From an uncultured Holophagales bacterium (GTDB lineage: Bacteria; Acidobacteriota; Thermoanaerobaculia; Multivoradales; UBA5704), in NCBI GenBank assembly GCA_963842525.1, contig CAWJGT010000025.1:320001-384000 (forward strand): 64,000 bases of DNA, in the 5' to 3' direction. The notes beneath the pieces are model-generated. The model saw only the letters and a list, made by a program, of their open reading frames with translations, had not been told where the DNA came from and made no database searches. The position numbers and the translations under genes were made by a program. Below, one piece after another: positions 10,570-21,370 of this stretch. Positions within the stretch are counted from its first letter, which is position 1, and every line of letters begins with the position of its first letter.

Positions 10570-12505
10570 ATGTGGACGGAGCTGAGGCGGGAGCTGGCGG
10601 GCGAAATCGCCCGCACGATCCGGGAGTGCTTCGGGGTCGAGCACGAGCCTGTCCTCGAAGTCCCCCCGCGGCGGGAGCTCGGCGACCTGGCCTCCCCCGC
10701 GGCCATGCAGCTCGCCCGGGTGCTCAAACGCAATCCGCGCGCCATCGCCGAAGAGCTGGCCGGCGCCCTCCGCCGGCCGCCGCTGGTGCGTGACGTCCGG
10801 GTCCAGGGCGCCGGCTATCTCAACCTGTACCTCGACCGCCGCGCCTTCGCCGCCGCCGCCCTCGATGCCCGGTGGCTGGGTGGTGGAGACGCTGGAGATC
10901 ACCGACCCGGCAAGGTCGTCATCGAGCACACCAACATCAACCCGAACAAGGCGGCGCACATCGGGCACCTGCGCAACGCCGTCCTGGGCGACGTCCTCGG
11001 CCGCGCCCTGCGCAGCCTCGGCGTTCCGGTCGAGATCCAGAACTACATCGACGACACGGGCGTCCAGCTCGCCGACGTGGTGGTCGGCTTCCTCGACCTG
11101 CGCGGCTTGTCGCAGGAGGAGGTCGAAGCGATCCCCGAGCCCTTCGACTACTACTGCTGGGACCTCTACAGCGAGGTGGGCCGCTGGTACGAGGAGGATC
11201 CCGCCCGCCAGCGGCTGCGCCGCGAGACCCTGCACGAGCTGGAGGCCGGCAGCGGGCCGCGCGCCGACCTCGGCCGGCTGGTGGCCCGGCGGGTGGTGCG
11301 CTGCCACCTCGCCACCATGCGCCGCCTCGGCGTCGGCTACGACCTGCTGACCCGCGAGAGCGAGGTCCTGAAGTAGGCACTTCTTCGACAAAGCCTTCGG
11401 GCTGCTCAAGGAGAGCGGCGCCGTCCATCTGGAAAAGGAAGGCAAGAACGCCGGCTGCTGGGTCATGCCGCTCTCCCAGAGCGAGGAGTTCGCCGGCCTG
11501 GAGGACCCGGACAAGGTGATCGTCCGCTCCGACGGCACGGTGACCTACGTGGGCAAGGACATCGCCTACCAGCTCTGGAAATTCGGCCTGCTCGGCGAAG
11601 ACTTCCTCTACCGCTTCTGGCAGGAGGAGGGGGTCTGGGAGACGTTCGGCGAGGATGCCACGGACCAGCACCCCGACTTCGGCCACGCGCAGCGGGTGAT
11701 CAACGTCATCGACGCCCGCCAGAGCTATCTCCAGAAGATCGTGCGCGCCGGCCTCCAGGCCCTCGGCCACAAGGAGGAGGCGGACCGCTCGGTCCATTTC
11801 GCCTACGAGATGGTGACCCTCTCGCCGGCCACCGCCCGCCAGCTCGGCTACCTGGACGAGGGAGAGGAGGCGGGCAAGGGCCTGGAGATGTCGGGGCGCA
11901 AGGGGATCGGCGTCAAGGCCGACGACCTGATCCACCAGCTCCAGTCGAAGAGCCGCGAGGAGATCGCGGCGCGCAACCGCGACCTGGCGGACGAGGAGCT
12001 GGACCGCCTGGCGCGCGAGATCGCCACCGCCGCCCTGCGCTTCTTCATGGTCAAGGCGACCACCACCCGGCTGATCGCCTTCGACTTCGACGAAGCCCTG
12101 AGCTTCGAGGGCGATTCCGGCCCCTACCTCCAGTACTCGCTGGTGCGGGCCAAGAACATCCGCCGCCGGCTGCGCGAAGAGGGCCTCGCCGACGAGGTCA
12201 CGGCCGGCGAGGTGGAGACGCTCGGCGAAGAGCATTTCGGCGAGGACCTCTGGGACCTGATCCTGGAGGTCGCGCAGACCGGCGAGGCGGTGGAGAAGGC
12301 GGCGGAGAGCCTCGAGCTGTCGCTGATCGCCCGCCACGCCCTGGGCTTGGCGCAGTGCTTCAACGCCCTCTATCACAAGCACCCGATCCTCCACGAGCCG
12401 GACCCCCAGGTCCGCGCCGCCCGCCTGGCCACGGTACAGGTCTTCGGCCGCGGCCTCGAAGCGGTCTGCGACCTGCTGGGCGTGCCGGTCCCGGACCGGA
12501 TGTAA
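10570..12505 (+). CDS. argS: Arginine--tRNA ligase, split by one extra base at ~11374-11377
   Basis: EHTNINPNKAAHIGHLRNA (HIGH), MSGRKG, EGDSGPYLQY, C-terminal GVPVPDRM. After 'aag tag g' the shifted frame continues HFFDKAFGLLKESG into the second ORF. Confidence 0.92.
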
Positions 12506-12522
12506 ATAGACCGGAGGTCCCC

Positions 12523-13236
12523 ATGGACGCGGACCGGCCCCGTTCTTCCTCCAAATCGTCACCCTGGATCTGGCTGGGCTGCGGCTGCGGCATCCTCGTG
12601 GCTCTCGTCATGGCCGGCGTGACCTGGTTCGGCTACAAGGCGGGCAAGAAGATGGAGAAGGCCCGGGAAGACCCGGTGGCCCGCGAGCAGATGACCCGGG
12701 AGGTCCTCGCCTTCGAGAAGCCGCCCCCCGGCTACTATCCCACGGGCGCCTTCTCGATCCCGATGCTGACCGACATCGCCATCTTCTCCGACCGGCCGCC
12801 GGAACCCGGCGAGCAGGAGAATCACAGCCTGGGCGATCGCGGCTTCATCTTCCTCAGCATGCACGGCTGGATGGCCGACAAGGAGGAGCTGGCGAGCTTC
12901 CTGGAGGGCAAGGCCAAGCGGCCGGGCTGGCTCGGGAGGTCGGGCGCCAACACCGACATCGGCGAGGTCCTGGGGCGCGGCAAGATCGAGGTCGAAGGCC
13001 GTGAGCTGCTCTATATGGCCACCCGCGGCGACGTGAACATGCAGGGCAGCAGCAGGGAGGGGCTCGTCACCTGGCTGACCGTCGACTGCCCCGCCGACCG
13101 GCGGGCCCGGCTCGGCCTTTGGTTCAACCCCGATCCAGCCCCCGGCAAGCCCCTCCAGGGAGCCGCTCTCGCAGGCACCGCCGCCGACCCGCAGGCGATC
13201 CGCGAGTTTGCGAGGCATTTCCGGTTCTGCGGGTAG
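12523..13236 (+). CDS. Hypothetical single-pass membrane protein
   Basis: RBS ggagg. N-terminal PWIWLGCGCGILVALV transmembrane segment. Confidence 0.75.
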   Translation: MDADRPRSSSKSSPWIWLGCGCGILVALVMAGVTWFGYKAGKKMEKAREDPVAREQMTREVLAFEKPPPGYYPTGAFSIPMLTDIAIFSDRPPEPGEQENHSLGDRGFIFLSMHGWMADKEELASFLEGKAKRPGWLGRSGANTDIGEVLGRGKIEVEGRELLYMATRGDVNMQGSSREGLVTWLTVDCPADRRARLGLWFNPDPAPGKPLQGAALAGTAADPQAIREFARHFRFCG

Positions 13237-14319
13237 ATGCGAGCGACCTGGGACGAGTGGATGGGCCTGCCTTTCCTGGGCAACCCGGTCGGGAGCTGGC
13301 TGACCGCGGCCCTGATCGCCGTCGCTGCCTATCTCGTGCTGCTCCTGGTCCGGCGACTGGCCGTCCGGCGTCTCGTGCAACTCGCCGGCCGGACGCGGAC
13401 GGACGTCGACGACTTCGTCGTCGCGACGCTGCAGCGCACCCGCCGCGTCCTGCTCCTCATCCCGGTCGTCTATTTCGCCTCCATCTCCCTCGACCTGCCT
13501 CCCAAAGTCGACAGCACCCTCCGCTCGTCGTCCATCCTGGCGGTCCTCCTGCAGCTCACCTTGTGGACCCTGGCGGGGATCAACTTCTGGGTGGCGCGCA
13601 CCCGCCGCCGCCGGCTGGAGGTGGACGCCGCATCGGCCACCCTGATCGGCGCCCTCGGCTTCGTCGGCAAGGTCGTCCTCTGGACGGTCCTCCTCCTGGT
13701 CGCCCTGGACAACGTGGGAGTAGACGTCACGGCCCTGGTCGCCGGCCTCGGGATCGGCGGCGTGGCCGTGGCCCTGGCGCTCCAGAACGTCCTGGGCGAC
13801 CTGCTGGCTTCGCTGTCGATCGTCCTCGACAAGCCGTTCGTCATCGGCGACACGATCCAGATCGACGACTTCACCGGCAAGGTGGAGAGCATCGGCCTCA
13901 AGACCACCCACCTGCGGAGCGTCTCCGGCGAGCAGCTCATCTTCTCCAACAGCGACCTGACGCGCAGCCGCATCCGCAACCACAAGCGGATGGCCGACCG
14001 CCGGGTGGGGCTTCAGGTCACTGTCGACCCGGCGACGCCGCCCGACAAGCTGGAGAGGGCCGTGGCCCTGCTACGGGAGGTCGTCGAAGCGCAGCAGCAG
14101 GTCCGCTTCGACCGTGCCCATCTCGCGCGGCTCTCCGACCGGGGACCACAATTCGAGCTGGTGTACTTCGTCCTCTCGACCGACTACAACCTACACATGG
14201 ACATCCAGCAGGTGGTCCTCCTCGACCTGCTGCGTCGCTTCGGAGAGGAGGGGATCACGCTCGCCCTGCCCGCGCCGACCATGCCGGGGCCACTCCCCGG
14301 GCCGCCGGGCCGCGGCTGA
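13237..14319 (+). CDS. Small-conductance mechanosensitive channel (MscS family)
   Basis: ALVAGLGIGGVAVALALQNVLGDL, DKPFVIGD, GKVESIGLKTT, LIFSNS. Confidence 0.92.
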   Translation: MRATWDEWMGLPFLGNPVGSWLTAALIAVAAYLVLLLVRRLAVRRLVQLAGRTRTDVDDFVVATLQRTRRVLLLIPVVYFASISLDLPPKVDSTLRSSSILAVLLQLTLWTLAGINFWVARTRRRRLEVDAASATLIGALGFVGKVVLWTVLLLVALDNVGVDVTALVAGLGIGGVAVALALQNVLGDLLASLSIVLDKPFVIGDTIQIDDFTGKVESIGLKTTHLRSVSGEQLIFSNSDLTRSRIRNHKRMADRRVGLQVTVDPATPPDKLERAVALLREVVEAQQQVRFDRAHLARLSDRGPQFELVYFVLSTDYNLHMDIQQVVLLDLLRRFGEEGITLALPAPTMPGPLPGPPGRG

Positions 14320-14332
14320 TATCCTCGCCTGC

Positions 14333-14614
14333 ATGGAGTGCCGTGCCGGCTGTGGGGCGTGCTGTATCGCCCCGTCGATCTCTTCCCCCATCCCCGGGAT
14401 GCCGCACGGAAAGCCTGCGGGCGTGCGTTGCGTCCAGCTCAGCGCAGACAACCTCTGCCTGCTCTTCGGCAAGCCCGAGCGCCCGGCCGTCTGCTCCCAT
14501 CTGCGGCCCACCGAGGACATGTGCGGCCAGACGACGGAGGAGGCCCTGGAACGTCTGACGCTGTTGGAGCGGTTGACGGCCCCTGACCTCAACTCCCGTC
14601 GAGCAGGTACTTGA
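14333..14614 (+). CDS. YkgJ-like cysteine cluster protein
   Basis: MECRAGCGACCIAPSISSPIPGM...CVQL...C...RPAVC. Confidence 0.85.
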   Translation: MECRAGCGACCIAPSISSPIPGMPHGKPAGVRCVQLSADNLCLLFGKPERPAVCSHLRPTEDMCGQTTEEALERLTLLERLTAPDLNSRRAGT

Positions 14615-15341
14615 GCATCCGGGCCGGGTAGGCGAGGAACTGGCGGGTGACCTGGTAGTGCTCGGTGTCCTGGTAGTCGATGCGCGCGATGCCTTCCTCG
14701 CCGAGCTGATAGATCCAGGCTTCGGGGTAGGCCATGAGCACGGGCGAGTGGGTGGCGATCACGAACTGTGAGCCGGCCCGCACGAGCTCGTGGAGGATGC
14801 GCAGCATGGCGAGCTGCCGCATGGGGGAGAGGGCCGCCTCGGGCTCGTCGAGAAGATAGAAGGCATCGCCCCCGAAGCGCTCCTTGAAGACCGCCAGGAA
14901 CGACTCGCCGTGCGACTGCTCATGCAGCGAGACTCCGCCGAAAGCCGGCAGGATCGGCGGCCCGAGGCCAGGCTCGGCGTCGAGGCGCTCGATTTCGGTC
15001 GCCAGGTTGAAGAGGCTCTCGGCACGCAGGAAGAAGCTGTCGCGCGGCCGGTGGACCCCCTTGACCAGGCGCAGGTACTCTCCGAGCTCGGAATGGGACG
15101 GGCGGGTTCCGAAGGAGAAGTTGCGGCTGCCTCCCTCGGGGTTGAGGCCGAAGGCCACGGCGATCCCCTCGATCAGGGTGGACTTGCCGGTTCCGTTCTC
15201 GCCGATCAGGAAGGTGACCTTCGGGTGCAGCTCCAGGGAGGTGAACTTGCGCAGGACCGGCAGGACGAACGGGTACTCCTCGAACGAGGGGACTCGTTCG
15301 CGGCGCAGTTGCACCTCCCGGACGAACTGTTCGGACGTCAC
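14589..15341 (-). CDS. ABC/AAA-family ATPase (stand-alone)
   Basis: Walker A GENGTGKST, QSHGESF signature, LLDEPEAALSP, IATHSP. GTG start at 15341. Confidence 0.88.
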   Translation of the reverse strand: MTSEQFVREVQLRRERVPSFEEYPFVLPVLRKFTSLELHPKVTFLIGENGTGKSTLIEGIAVAFGLNPEGGSRNFSFGTRPSHSELGEYLRLVKGVHRPRDSFFLRAESLFNLATEIERLDAEPGLGPPILPAFGGVSLHEQSHGESFLAVFKERFGGDAFYLLDEPEAALSPMRQLAMLRILHELVRAGSQFVIATHSPVLMAYPEAWIYQLGEEGIARIDYQDTEHYQVTRQFLAYPARMLKYLLDGS

Positions 15342-15373
15342 CGGGGGCCGATTGTACGCCGGCCGGGGTCGAA

Positions 15374-15831
15374 TCAGGCCTGGACGGCGTGCAGGGCCCT
15401 CTCCGCCCGCGCGGCCCGGCTGGGCGCCGGCCCCTGCAGGCCGCGGAAATCGCCGCGCAGGCCTTTCAGGGCATAGCGCTCGGCCTCGATCTCCGCCTTG
15501 CTGCGGATGCCCATGCCGCGGAAGAGCGGCAGGGGCGGGCACCAGCCGTGGATGGCGTGCTCGACGAGGAACGCGGCCATCAGCGCCGGCAGCAGCAGCC
15601 ACCAGGGGCTGGCGAGGGCTCCCAGGGCAAGGCCGATCAGGGAGAGGACCGCCGCATGGGCCTCGACGATCCGTTCGAACGTTCCACTCCCGGTCGAGCT
15701 TCCCGCAAGCGGTCGTCGATCGCCCCCGGGCGCTCGGCATACCGCCGCACCCGCTCGGAAGTCTCCCGCCAGATCCGCTCGTTGACGCTCTCCTCGATGA
15801 CGCTCTCGGCCGTAGACTCGGGCAATAGCAT
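15374..15831 (-). CDS. DUF2892/YgaP-like membrane protein with two apparent +1 insertions (~15680-15705)
   Basis: Pieces join to IDDRLRELDREWNVERIVEAHAA...FLVEHAIHGWCPPLPLFRGMGIRSKAEIEAERYALK. Confidence 0.7.
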
Positions 15832-15915
15832 CGCAAAGCTCCTTGGACCAGGGAAGGCCGGATGGTCAATTCCCGGCTCTTCGCCTTGCGAGCGGTGTGC
15901 CATGATGGTGGTGAA

Positions 15916-16119
15916 ATGCGAGACCTAACCCAGGAAGCCCTCGATCGGCTGACGCGTCCGGCGAAAGAGCATGATCGTTCTCTGGACGAAAAGGTCAAGG
16001 TGATTACGCCGTTCACCATTGAGGAGGCGACGCGGGTCGCCGCGCAGTGGCGTCGCAGGCTTGCCGGCAGGATGACCAGTGACAGTGCGGATCTCATCCG
16101 CGAGGATCGAGACCTTTGA
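15916..16119 (+). pseudogene. Degenerate FitA/VapB-like antitoxin remnant
   Basis: RDL..EAL.RL...AKEHDRSL..KVKVI resembles RHH antitoxin helices, and the C-terminus is DSADLIREDR. The N-terminal strand and a downstream toxin are missing. Confidence 0.45.
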
Positions 16120-16179
16120 CTCGGGGCGTGGTCGACGGCGGCTTTCTAGCGAGCTGACGAGATCTGTCCTGGGACCCCA

Positions 16180-16308
16180 GGCCCGTCGTGTCATCCTGAG
16201 CGTAGCGAAGGATCTGGGGGCAGGGAGGCTGCGAGTCCGTTGCGTTCGTGCTTCCGGGACCGACCACCGCCCAGATCCTTCGCTACGCTCAGGATGACAC
16301 GACGGGCC
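16180..16308. repeat. Perfect 39-bp inverted repeat, GTCATCCTGAGCGTAGCGAAGGATCT-family REP element
   Basis: 16180-16218 is the exact reverse complement of 16270-16308, around a 51-bp spacer. A partial relative lies at ~53458-53520. Confidence 0.9.
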
Positions 16309-16436
16309 GGGTGCCTGGCGGGTCAATCTCGTTCGCTGGCAACGGTTTCGAAGACCCCTGCAAGTCAAGACACTTACTTCGTCACGAGACAGGAGGCGGG
16401 CCGTCCAGACCCGCCCCCATTAGATATCGGCCTGCC

Positions 16437-18720
16437 TCAATTCCCGCCCGCCGACGCGCCTTGCCTCTTGAGCCGGGCGGCGCGGGCGGCGAGGCGGGCG
16501 AATTCGGCCACGTCCGGCCCCTGGTCCGAGGTCGAGAGCTCGTTCACCAGCCGGCGCGAGCGGCGCAGGACCTCGTCCAGATTGCCCTCCTTCGCCGTCG
16601 GGGCACCCTTCAGGACTTCGGCGAGCTCGGCCACCAGGGAGGCCAGCCGGAGACCCCGCGGCGCCTTGTCCCAGCTCGCGGCCAGATCCGAGGCCCGGAG
16701 ACTCCTTGACCGTCTCCTGCTGCTCGCCGGTACCGGGCACCCGGTAGCGCAGCCGGAAGGTGGCGATCTTCTGGCTGTTCTGGACCCCGGGCCTGAGCTG
16801 GACCTCATAGAGCGCCGTCACGCTGTGCCCGGCGCCGACCTCGCCTGCGTCCACCGTGTTGTCGCGGAACTGCTCGTGCTTGAGCAGCCGGTTCTCGTAG
16901 CCGATCAGACGCCAGTGCACCACCGCCTTGGGGTCGAATTCGACCTGGACCTTGGCGTCCTTGGCGAGCGTCTGGAGCGTGCCGGAGAGCTGATCCACCA
17001 GCACCCGGCGGGCCTCCGCGAGGTTGTCGATGTACGCGTAGCCGCCGTCTCCCTTGTCGGCGAGCTGCTCCATCAGGACGTCGTTGTAGCTGCCCATGCC
17101 CACGCCGAGCGTGGTCAGCTCGATCCCCTGCCGGGCCTCGCGGCCGATCCGCTCCAGGATGGCGTTGGGTCCTGTGGCTCCCACGTTCGCCACCCCGTCC
17201 GAGCAGAGGATGATCCGGTTGATCGCGCCGTTGCGGAAGTACCGGCGAGCCAGGTCGTAGCCGGCGATCAGGCCGGCTTCGGCGTTGGTCGCACCCTCGG
17301 CCCGCAGGCTCTGGGTCGCCTGGCGGACCGCCTCGCGGTCGGCCGTCGGCTCGAGCACTACCCGGGCGTCGTTCCCGTAGACCACCAAACCGACCTTGTC
17401 GCCGGGACGGAGCTGGTCGAGCAGCAGGCCGAGGGACTCCTTGACGAGACCCAGGCGATTCTGCGCGTCCATCGACCCGGAGACGTCGACCACGAAGGTC
17501 AGCACCGAGGGCTTGCGGTTCTCGGGCCGGACCTCCCGGGCGCGGAGGTTGAAGCGCAGCAGGCGGTGGTCGGCGGGCGCGAAGGGGGTCGGGGCCCCCT
17601 CGGCGCGGAGGGCGAAGTCCGTCCGGGTCGGCGCCGGATCGCCGTAGCGGAAGAAGTTGACGAACTCCTCGACCCGGACGGAGGCGGGGTCCGGCAGCCG
17701 GCCTTCGCGCAGGAATCCCCGTGCCACGGTGTAGGAGGCGGTGTCCACGTCCAGCCCGAAGGTGGAGAGCGCGTCCGTGCCCGTCTCCGTGAACGGATTG
17801 GTGCCCACGGCCTGGAACCTGTTGTCGCGGAACCGGTCCACCGGCTCCTCACCCCCGACGCGCAGCGGAGAATCGTCCATGACGGCACCGGGGCCAGCCG
17901 CAACTCCACCGACCGTGCCCCCGGGCACACCACCGGGGACCCCTCCCACCACGCCGCCGGCGACTCCTCCTTCCACGCCTCCTTCCACGCCTTCGACCTC
18001 GGCAAGCTGGTCGGGGACCTCGACCGGCTGGACCGGCTCCGCGGCAGGCGGAGGGGCGTTGGCCCAGGGGTCCCGCGCGGCGGGGATCCTCTCGAGCTCC
18101 CGCTGATTGATGATGGCTCCCGTGGAGCTCCTACGCTTGTCGAGCAGCGGCGACTCGGAGGTGATCGTGACGACTTCGTCAGCAGCCCTCTGCCGCCGCG
18201 CCTCATCCTTCTCCTTCGCCGGACGCTCACCCACATAGCCCAGCGCCTTGAGCTCCTCCTGCTCGTCCCGTCGCGTCGCCTGCGGCACCGGCTTGGGAGA
18301 CGCCGGCACGGCATCGGCGGCCATCTGTGCGGTCTCGCTGTCCGGGGAGGCTGCCGGAGGCGGAACGGCCCGTGCCGCAGGGGGCGGAGGGCTCAGCGGC
18401 CGGATCTTCTGCTCCTCGGCGACCGGCTTCCGGACGGCCTCCAGCTCCTCGGGCTGGGGCGTCACTTTCATGACCTGCAGGGCGACCAGGCCGCCGCCGA
18501 TCGTGGCGACCAGCGAGGCGGCAATCAGCCACCTCCGCTGCCGGGGCTCGCGGGATCCCGGGCTGGGGAAGGCACGGACGTTGTCGCCCAGGACCCGTGG
18601 CCCGACATTGACCACCGGCGGGATCTCGCTCTTGATCTTTTCGAGCAGCCCCTCGGGCGGCTCGATATCGTCGCGCTCCGCCAGCTTGCGGGCGACTTCA
18701 CGTTCAGTCCAGGGGCTCAT
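16437..18720 (-). CDS. Anti-sigma-like membrane protein fused to a YfbK-type VWA module; one extra base at ~16701
   Basis: N-terminal cytoplasmic segment and TM (WLIAASLVATIGGGLVAL). STFGLDVDTASY, VRVEEFVNFF, VVDVSGSM, LCSDGVANVG, RLIGYENR, DAGEVGAGHSVTALYE. The C-terminus continues in the 16437 frame (LRLASLVAELAEVLK). Confidence 0.85.
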
Positions 18721-19334
18721 CGGGCATCCTCCTCGAGCGTGCGCGCCAGGATCTGGAGCGCCCTCTTCAGGCGCTTGCGGATGGCGACAGGGGTGACCCC
18801 CTCGTGCTGTGCGACCTCCTTGACCGGGAGGTCGCCCCAGAAGAGGGCGGTCACGGTGAAGCGGAGCTCCTCCGGCAGGGCGAGCACAGCTCGCCGCAGC
18901 CGGTCTCCGGCCATCGCCTGTCCCACGATCTCTTCAGGATCGGGGTCGGGGTCCGGAGAGGTGGCCTCCACGCCCTCCTCCAGAGGGACGAAGAGGCGTG
19001 GCCTGCGGACATGGTTGAGGAAGGTGTTGTAGGCGATGCGGCAGAGCCAGGTCGAGAACTGGGACCGGCCATCGAACCCGGCCAGAGCGTCCCAGGCCTT
19101 ACGGTAGGTCTCCTGGGTCAGATCGGACGCCAGGTCGGGGTCACCGCACAGCCGGCGCAGCAGCGCATAGACCGTGCGATACGTCGACTCGACCAGCTTT
19201 TCCGCCGCCTCGCGGTCTCCTGCCGCGAGCGCCGCCAGCAGCCTGCCTTCCTGCGCTCCCTCGGATCGTTCCCGCAACCCACCTCCCCACCCGCTTGAAA
19301 CGGTCGCTGCTCGTTCTGTGGTCATCATTTTCAC
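18717..19334 (-). CDS. ECF sigma-70 factor co-transcribed with the VWA anti-sigma-like gene
   Basis: DLASDLTQETY, FDGRSQFSTWLCRIAYN, LPEELR...KEVA...AIRKRLKRA. ATGA overlap with the downstream gene. Confidence 0.9.
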   Translation of the reverse strand: MKMMTTERAATVSSGWGGGLRERSEGAQEGRLLAALAAGDREAAEKLVESTYRTVYALLRRLCGDPDLASDLTQETYRKAWDALAGFDGRSQFSTWLCRIAYNTFLNHVRRPRLFVPLEEGVEATSPDPDPDPEEIVGQAMAGDRLRRAVLALPEELRFTVTALFWGDLPVKEVAQHEGVTPVAIRKRLKRALQILARTLEEDAR

Positions 19335-19371
19335 CTTACCTGCTCAGACACGGGAGGGGGGCGGAAGGAAA

Positions 19372-19526
19372 CCTCACCCCCTCTCCCATCTCCCTTCCAC
19401 CCCCCGCCGGGAGAGGGGGGACGCATCCGGAGCCGTTCCGCGAGATCGCCACACAGGCATCAACTACGTTCCCCCTCTCCCGGGGATGGGCGGGTGGGAG
19501 ATGGGAGAGGGGGCTAGGGGGTGAGG
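19372..19526. repeat. REP doublet, CCCCTCTCCC family
   Basis: cctcacccc-ctctcccatc...gggagaggggg, spacer, cccctctccc...gatgggagaggggg-ctagggggtgagg. Confidence 0.85.
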
Positions 19527-20188
19527 TCCGCCGCCCGCAAATCCTCCACCACCCAGTCCGCCCCCGCCGCCCGCAGATCCTCGGCCGGGGTCCACCCCGT
19601 GGCCACGGCCAGAACGGGAATCCCGTGGGCGCGGGCGCAGGCGATGTCGTGGAGGCTGTCGCCGATGATGAGCACCTCGTCGGGTTGGAACCGGCGGCCG
19701 AGGTGGCGCTCGGCCCGGTCCAGGGCGACGGGCGGCAGGTCGTTGCGGTCCACGGCGTCGCAGCCGTAGGCGCCAAAGGGAAAGAACCGATTGAGATCGA
19801 AGCGCGACAGCTTGGTCCGCGCCCCCGGCTCCCAGTTGCCGGTGAGGAGAGCGAGCTCGATGTCGTCCCGGGCCGCGAGGTGTTCCAGGAGGTCGGGCAG
19901 GCCCGGCAGGAGTCGCATCCGCTGGCGGTCGAGGGCGCGCTCCAACCTCTCGACGTAGATCTCGCGGACCCGCGGCAGACCCTCCCGGACCTCGTCCTCG
20001 GAAAGCCCGGCGCCGGTCGCCAGGTCGAGCGTGATCCGGCCGTCGGTCTTGCCGGAGAAGTCGTACGCCCGCCAGTCTCCGGACCGGCCGAAGACCTCCT
20101 CCAGCACCTCGGCAAACACCGGCTTCGCCTGCCCGCCGCAGTCCAGCAGCGTGCCGTCGATGTCGAACAAGAGGAGGCGCACCATCAC
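19514..20188 (-). CDS. HAD family hydrolase
   Basis: LLLFDIDGTLL, LLTGN, IIGDSLHDI. Confidence 0.9.
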   Translation of the reverse strand: MMVRLLLFDIDGTLLDCGGQAKPVFAEVLEEVFGRSGDWRAYDFSGKTDGRITLDLATGAGLSEDEVREGLPRVREIYVERLERALDRQRMRLLPGLPDLLEHLAARDDIELALLTGNWEPGARTKLSRFDLNRFFPFGAYGCDAVDRNDLPPVALDRAERHLGRRFQPDEVLIIGDSLHDIACARAHGIPVLAVATGWTPAEDLRAAGADWVVEDLRAADLTP

Positions 20189-20189
20189 C

Positions 20190-20969
20190 TCATCTCCACT
20201 TCGGCGGCTTCTTGGTCTCGAGGAACGTGGCGATGCCGCGCTTGCAGTCGTCCGTGGCGCGGGCGGCGGCGTTGACCTCGGCGGCGTGGCCGAGGGCCTC
20301 GTCGAGCCGGATGCCCATCACCTCCAGAAGCAGCCGCTTGGTGCGGGCGATTGACTCCGAGCTGCCGGTCTCCAGCACCTGCGCCGCCAGCGCGTCGCCC
20401 ACCCCTGACAGGTCGGCCGCGGGGCAGATCCGGTTGACCAGCCCGATCTCCAGCGCCTTGCGGGCATCGAGGAACTGGGGATTGAGCAGCAGCTCGCGGA
20501 TGTCCGAGCCGCGCAGGCGCAACGGGAGAAAGGTCGCCACCAGCGCCGCCACGAAGCCGATCCGGACCTCGCTGTAGAGGAAGCGGGCATCGTCGGCCGC
20601 CACCACGAAATCGTGCGCCGTGGCGAGGCCACAGCCGCCGGCCACGCAGGCGCCGTGGACGAGAGCGATCGTGAGGGCCTCCTGGCGGAGGACCGCTTCG
20701 AAGAGGTCGCGCAGGCGCAGCGAATCGCGAAGGTTCTCCTCCGGCCCCGCGTCGCGGAGCGCCCGCAGGTGCTCCAGGTCCGCTCCGGCCGAGAAGTTCT
20801 TGCCGGCGCCCGACAGCAGGACGGCGCGGACGCCTTCGCTCCGCAGGTGGCGGCGGTAGATCTCGGTCAGCTCGCCGATCACCTCCGGGGACAAGGCGTT
20901 GGCCCGCGCCGGATCGTTCAGCGTCACCCGCAGGAGGTCGCCGTCACGGTGCGTCTCGAGGAGGCTCAT
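20190..20969 (-). CDS. Enoyl-CoA hydratase/isomerase (methylglutaconyl-CoA hydratase-like)
   Basis: NFSAGADL, VHGACVAGGCGL, SEVRIGF, ALEIGLVN. Confidence 0.9.
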   Translation of the reverse strand: MSLLETHRDGDLLRVTLNDPARANALSPEVIGELTEIYRRHLRSEGVRAVLLSGAGKNFSAGADLEHLRALRDAGPEENLRDSLRLRDLFEAVLRQEALTIALVHGACVAGGCGLATAHDFVVAADDARFLYSEVRIGFVAALVATFLPLRLRGSDIRELLLNPQFLDARKALEIGLVNRICPAADLSGVGDALAAQVLETGSSESIARTKRLLLEVMGIRLDEALGHAAEVNAAARATDDCKRGIATFLETKKPPKWR

Positions 20970-21319
20970 CGATCCGATCGACCCACGGCCGCCTGGACCA
21001 GCTCGTCCGGGAGCTCCACCTCCATCTGGAGGAGCCCCTGGGCGTGGGTCTTCCCCTGGGCGTCCGTCTTCAGGCTCTCGGTCCCGCCGCCGCCGAGGGA
21101 GTCGTGGAGGATGAAGTTGAAGGCCAGGAGGTTCGGCACCTCGAAGCGCTCGACGCGGCCGCGGCAGACCTCCCGGAAGTGCTCCTGCACGCGCTCGGGC
21201 GTGGTCTGGTCCCGGATCGCGGCATAGATCTCCGGCGTGCGGGCGATCAGGCCGACATTGCTCGCATCGCCCTTGTCGCCCGAGCGGGCGAGCGCCACGT
21301 CGTAGAGGCGTACTCTCAT
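20966..21319 (-). CDS. AtuA-related small protein (C-terminal-domain type)
   Basis: ARSGDKGDASNVG, VERFEVPNLLAFNF, LGGGG, DAQGK. Confidence 0.85.
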   Translation of the reverse strand: MRVRLYDVALARSGDKGDASNVGLIARTPEIYAAIRDQTTPERVQEHFREVCRGRVERFEVPNLLAFNFILHDSLGGGGTESLKTDAQGKTHAQGLLQMEVELPDELVQAAVGRSDR

Positions 21320-21370
21320 TCCATTCTCCAGTCGAGCTTGAAGCGCGGCATGGGGGGCGAATCTCCGTTT

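Noticed and set aside
11368-11380. Programmed frameshift or stop readthrough in argS
   Set aside because: No slippery site is evident, and many similar single-base indels across the window point to assembly error.
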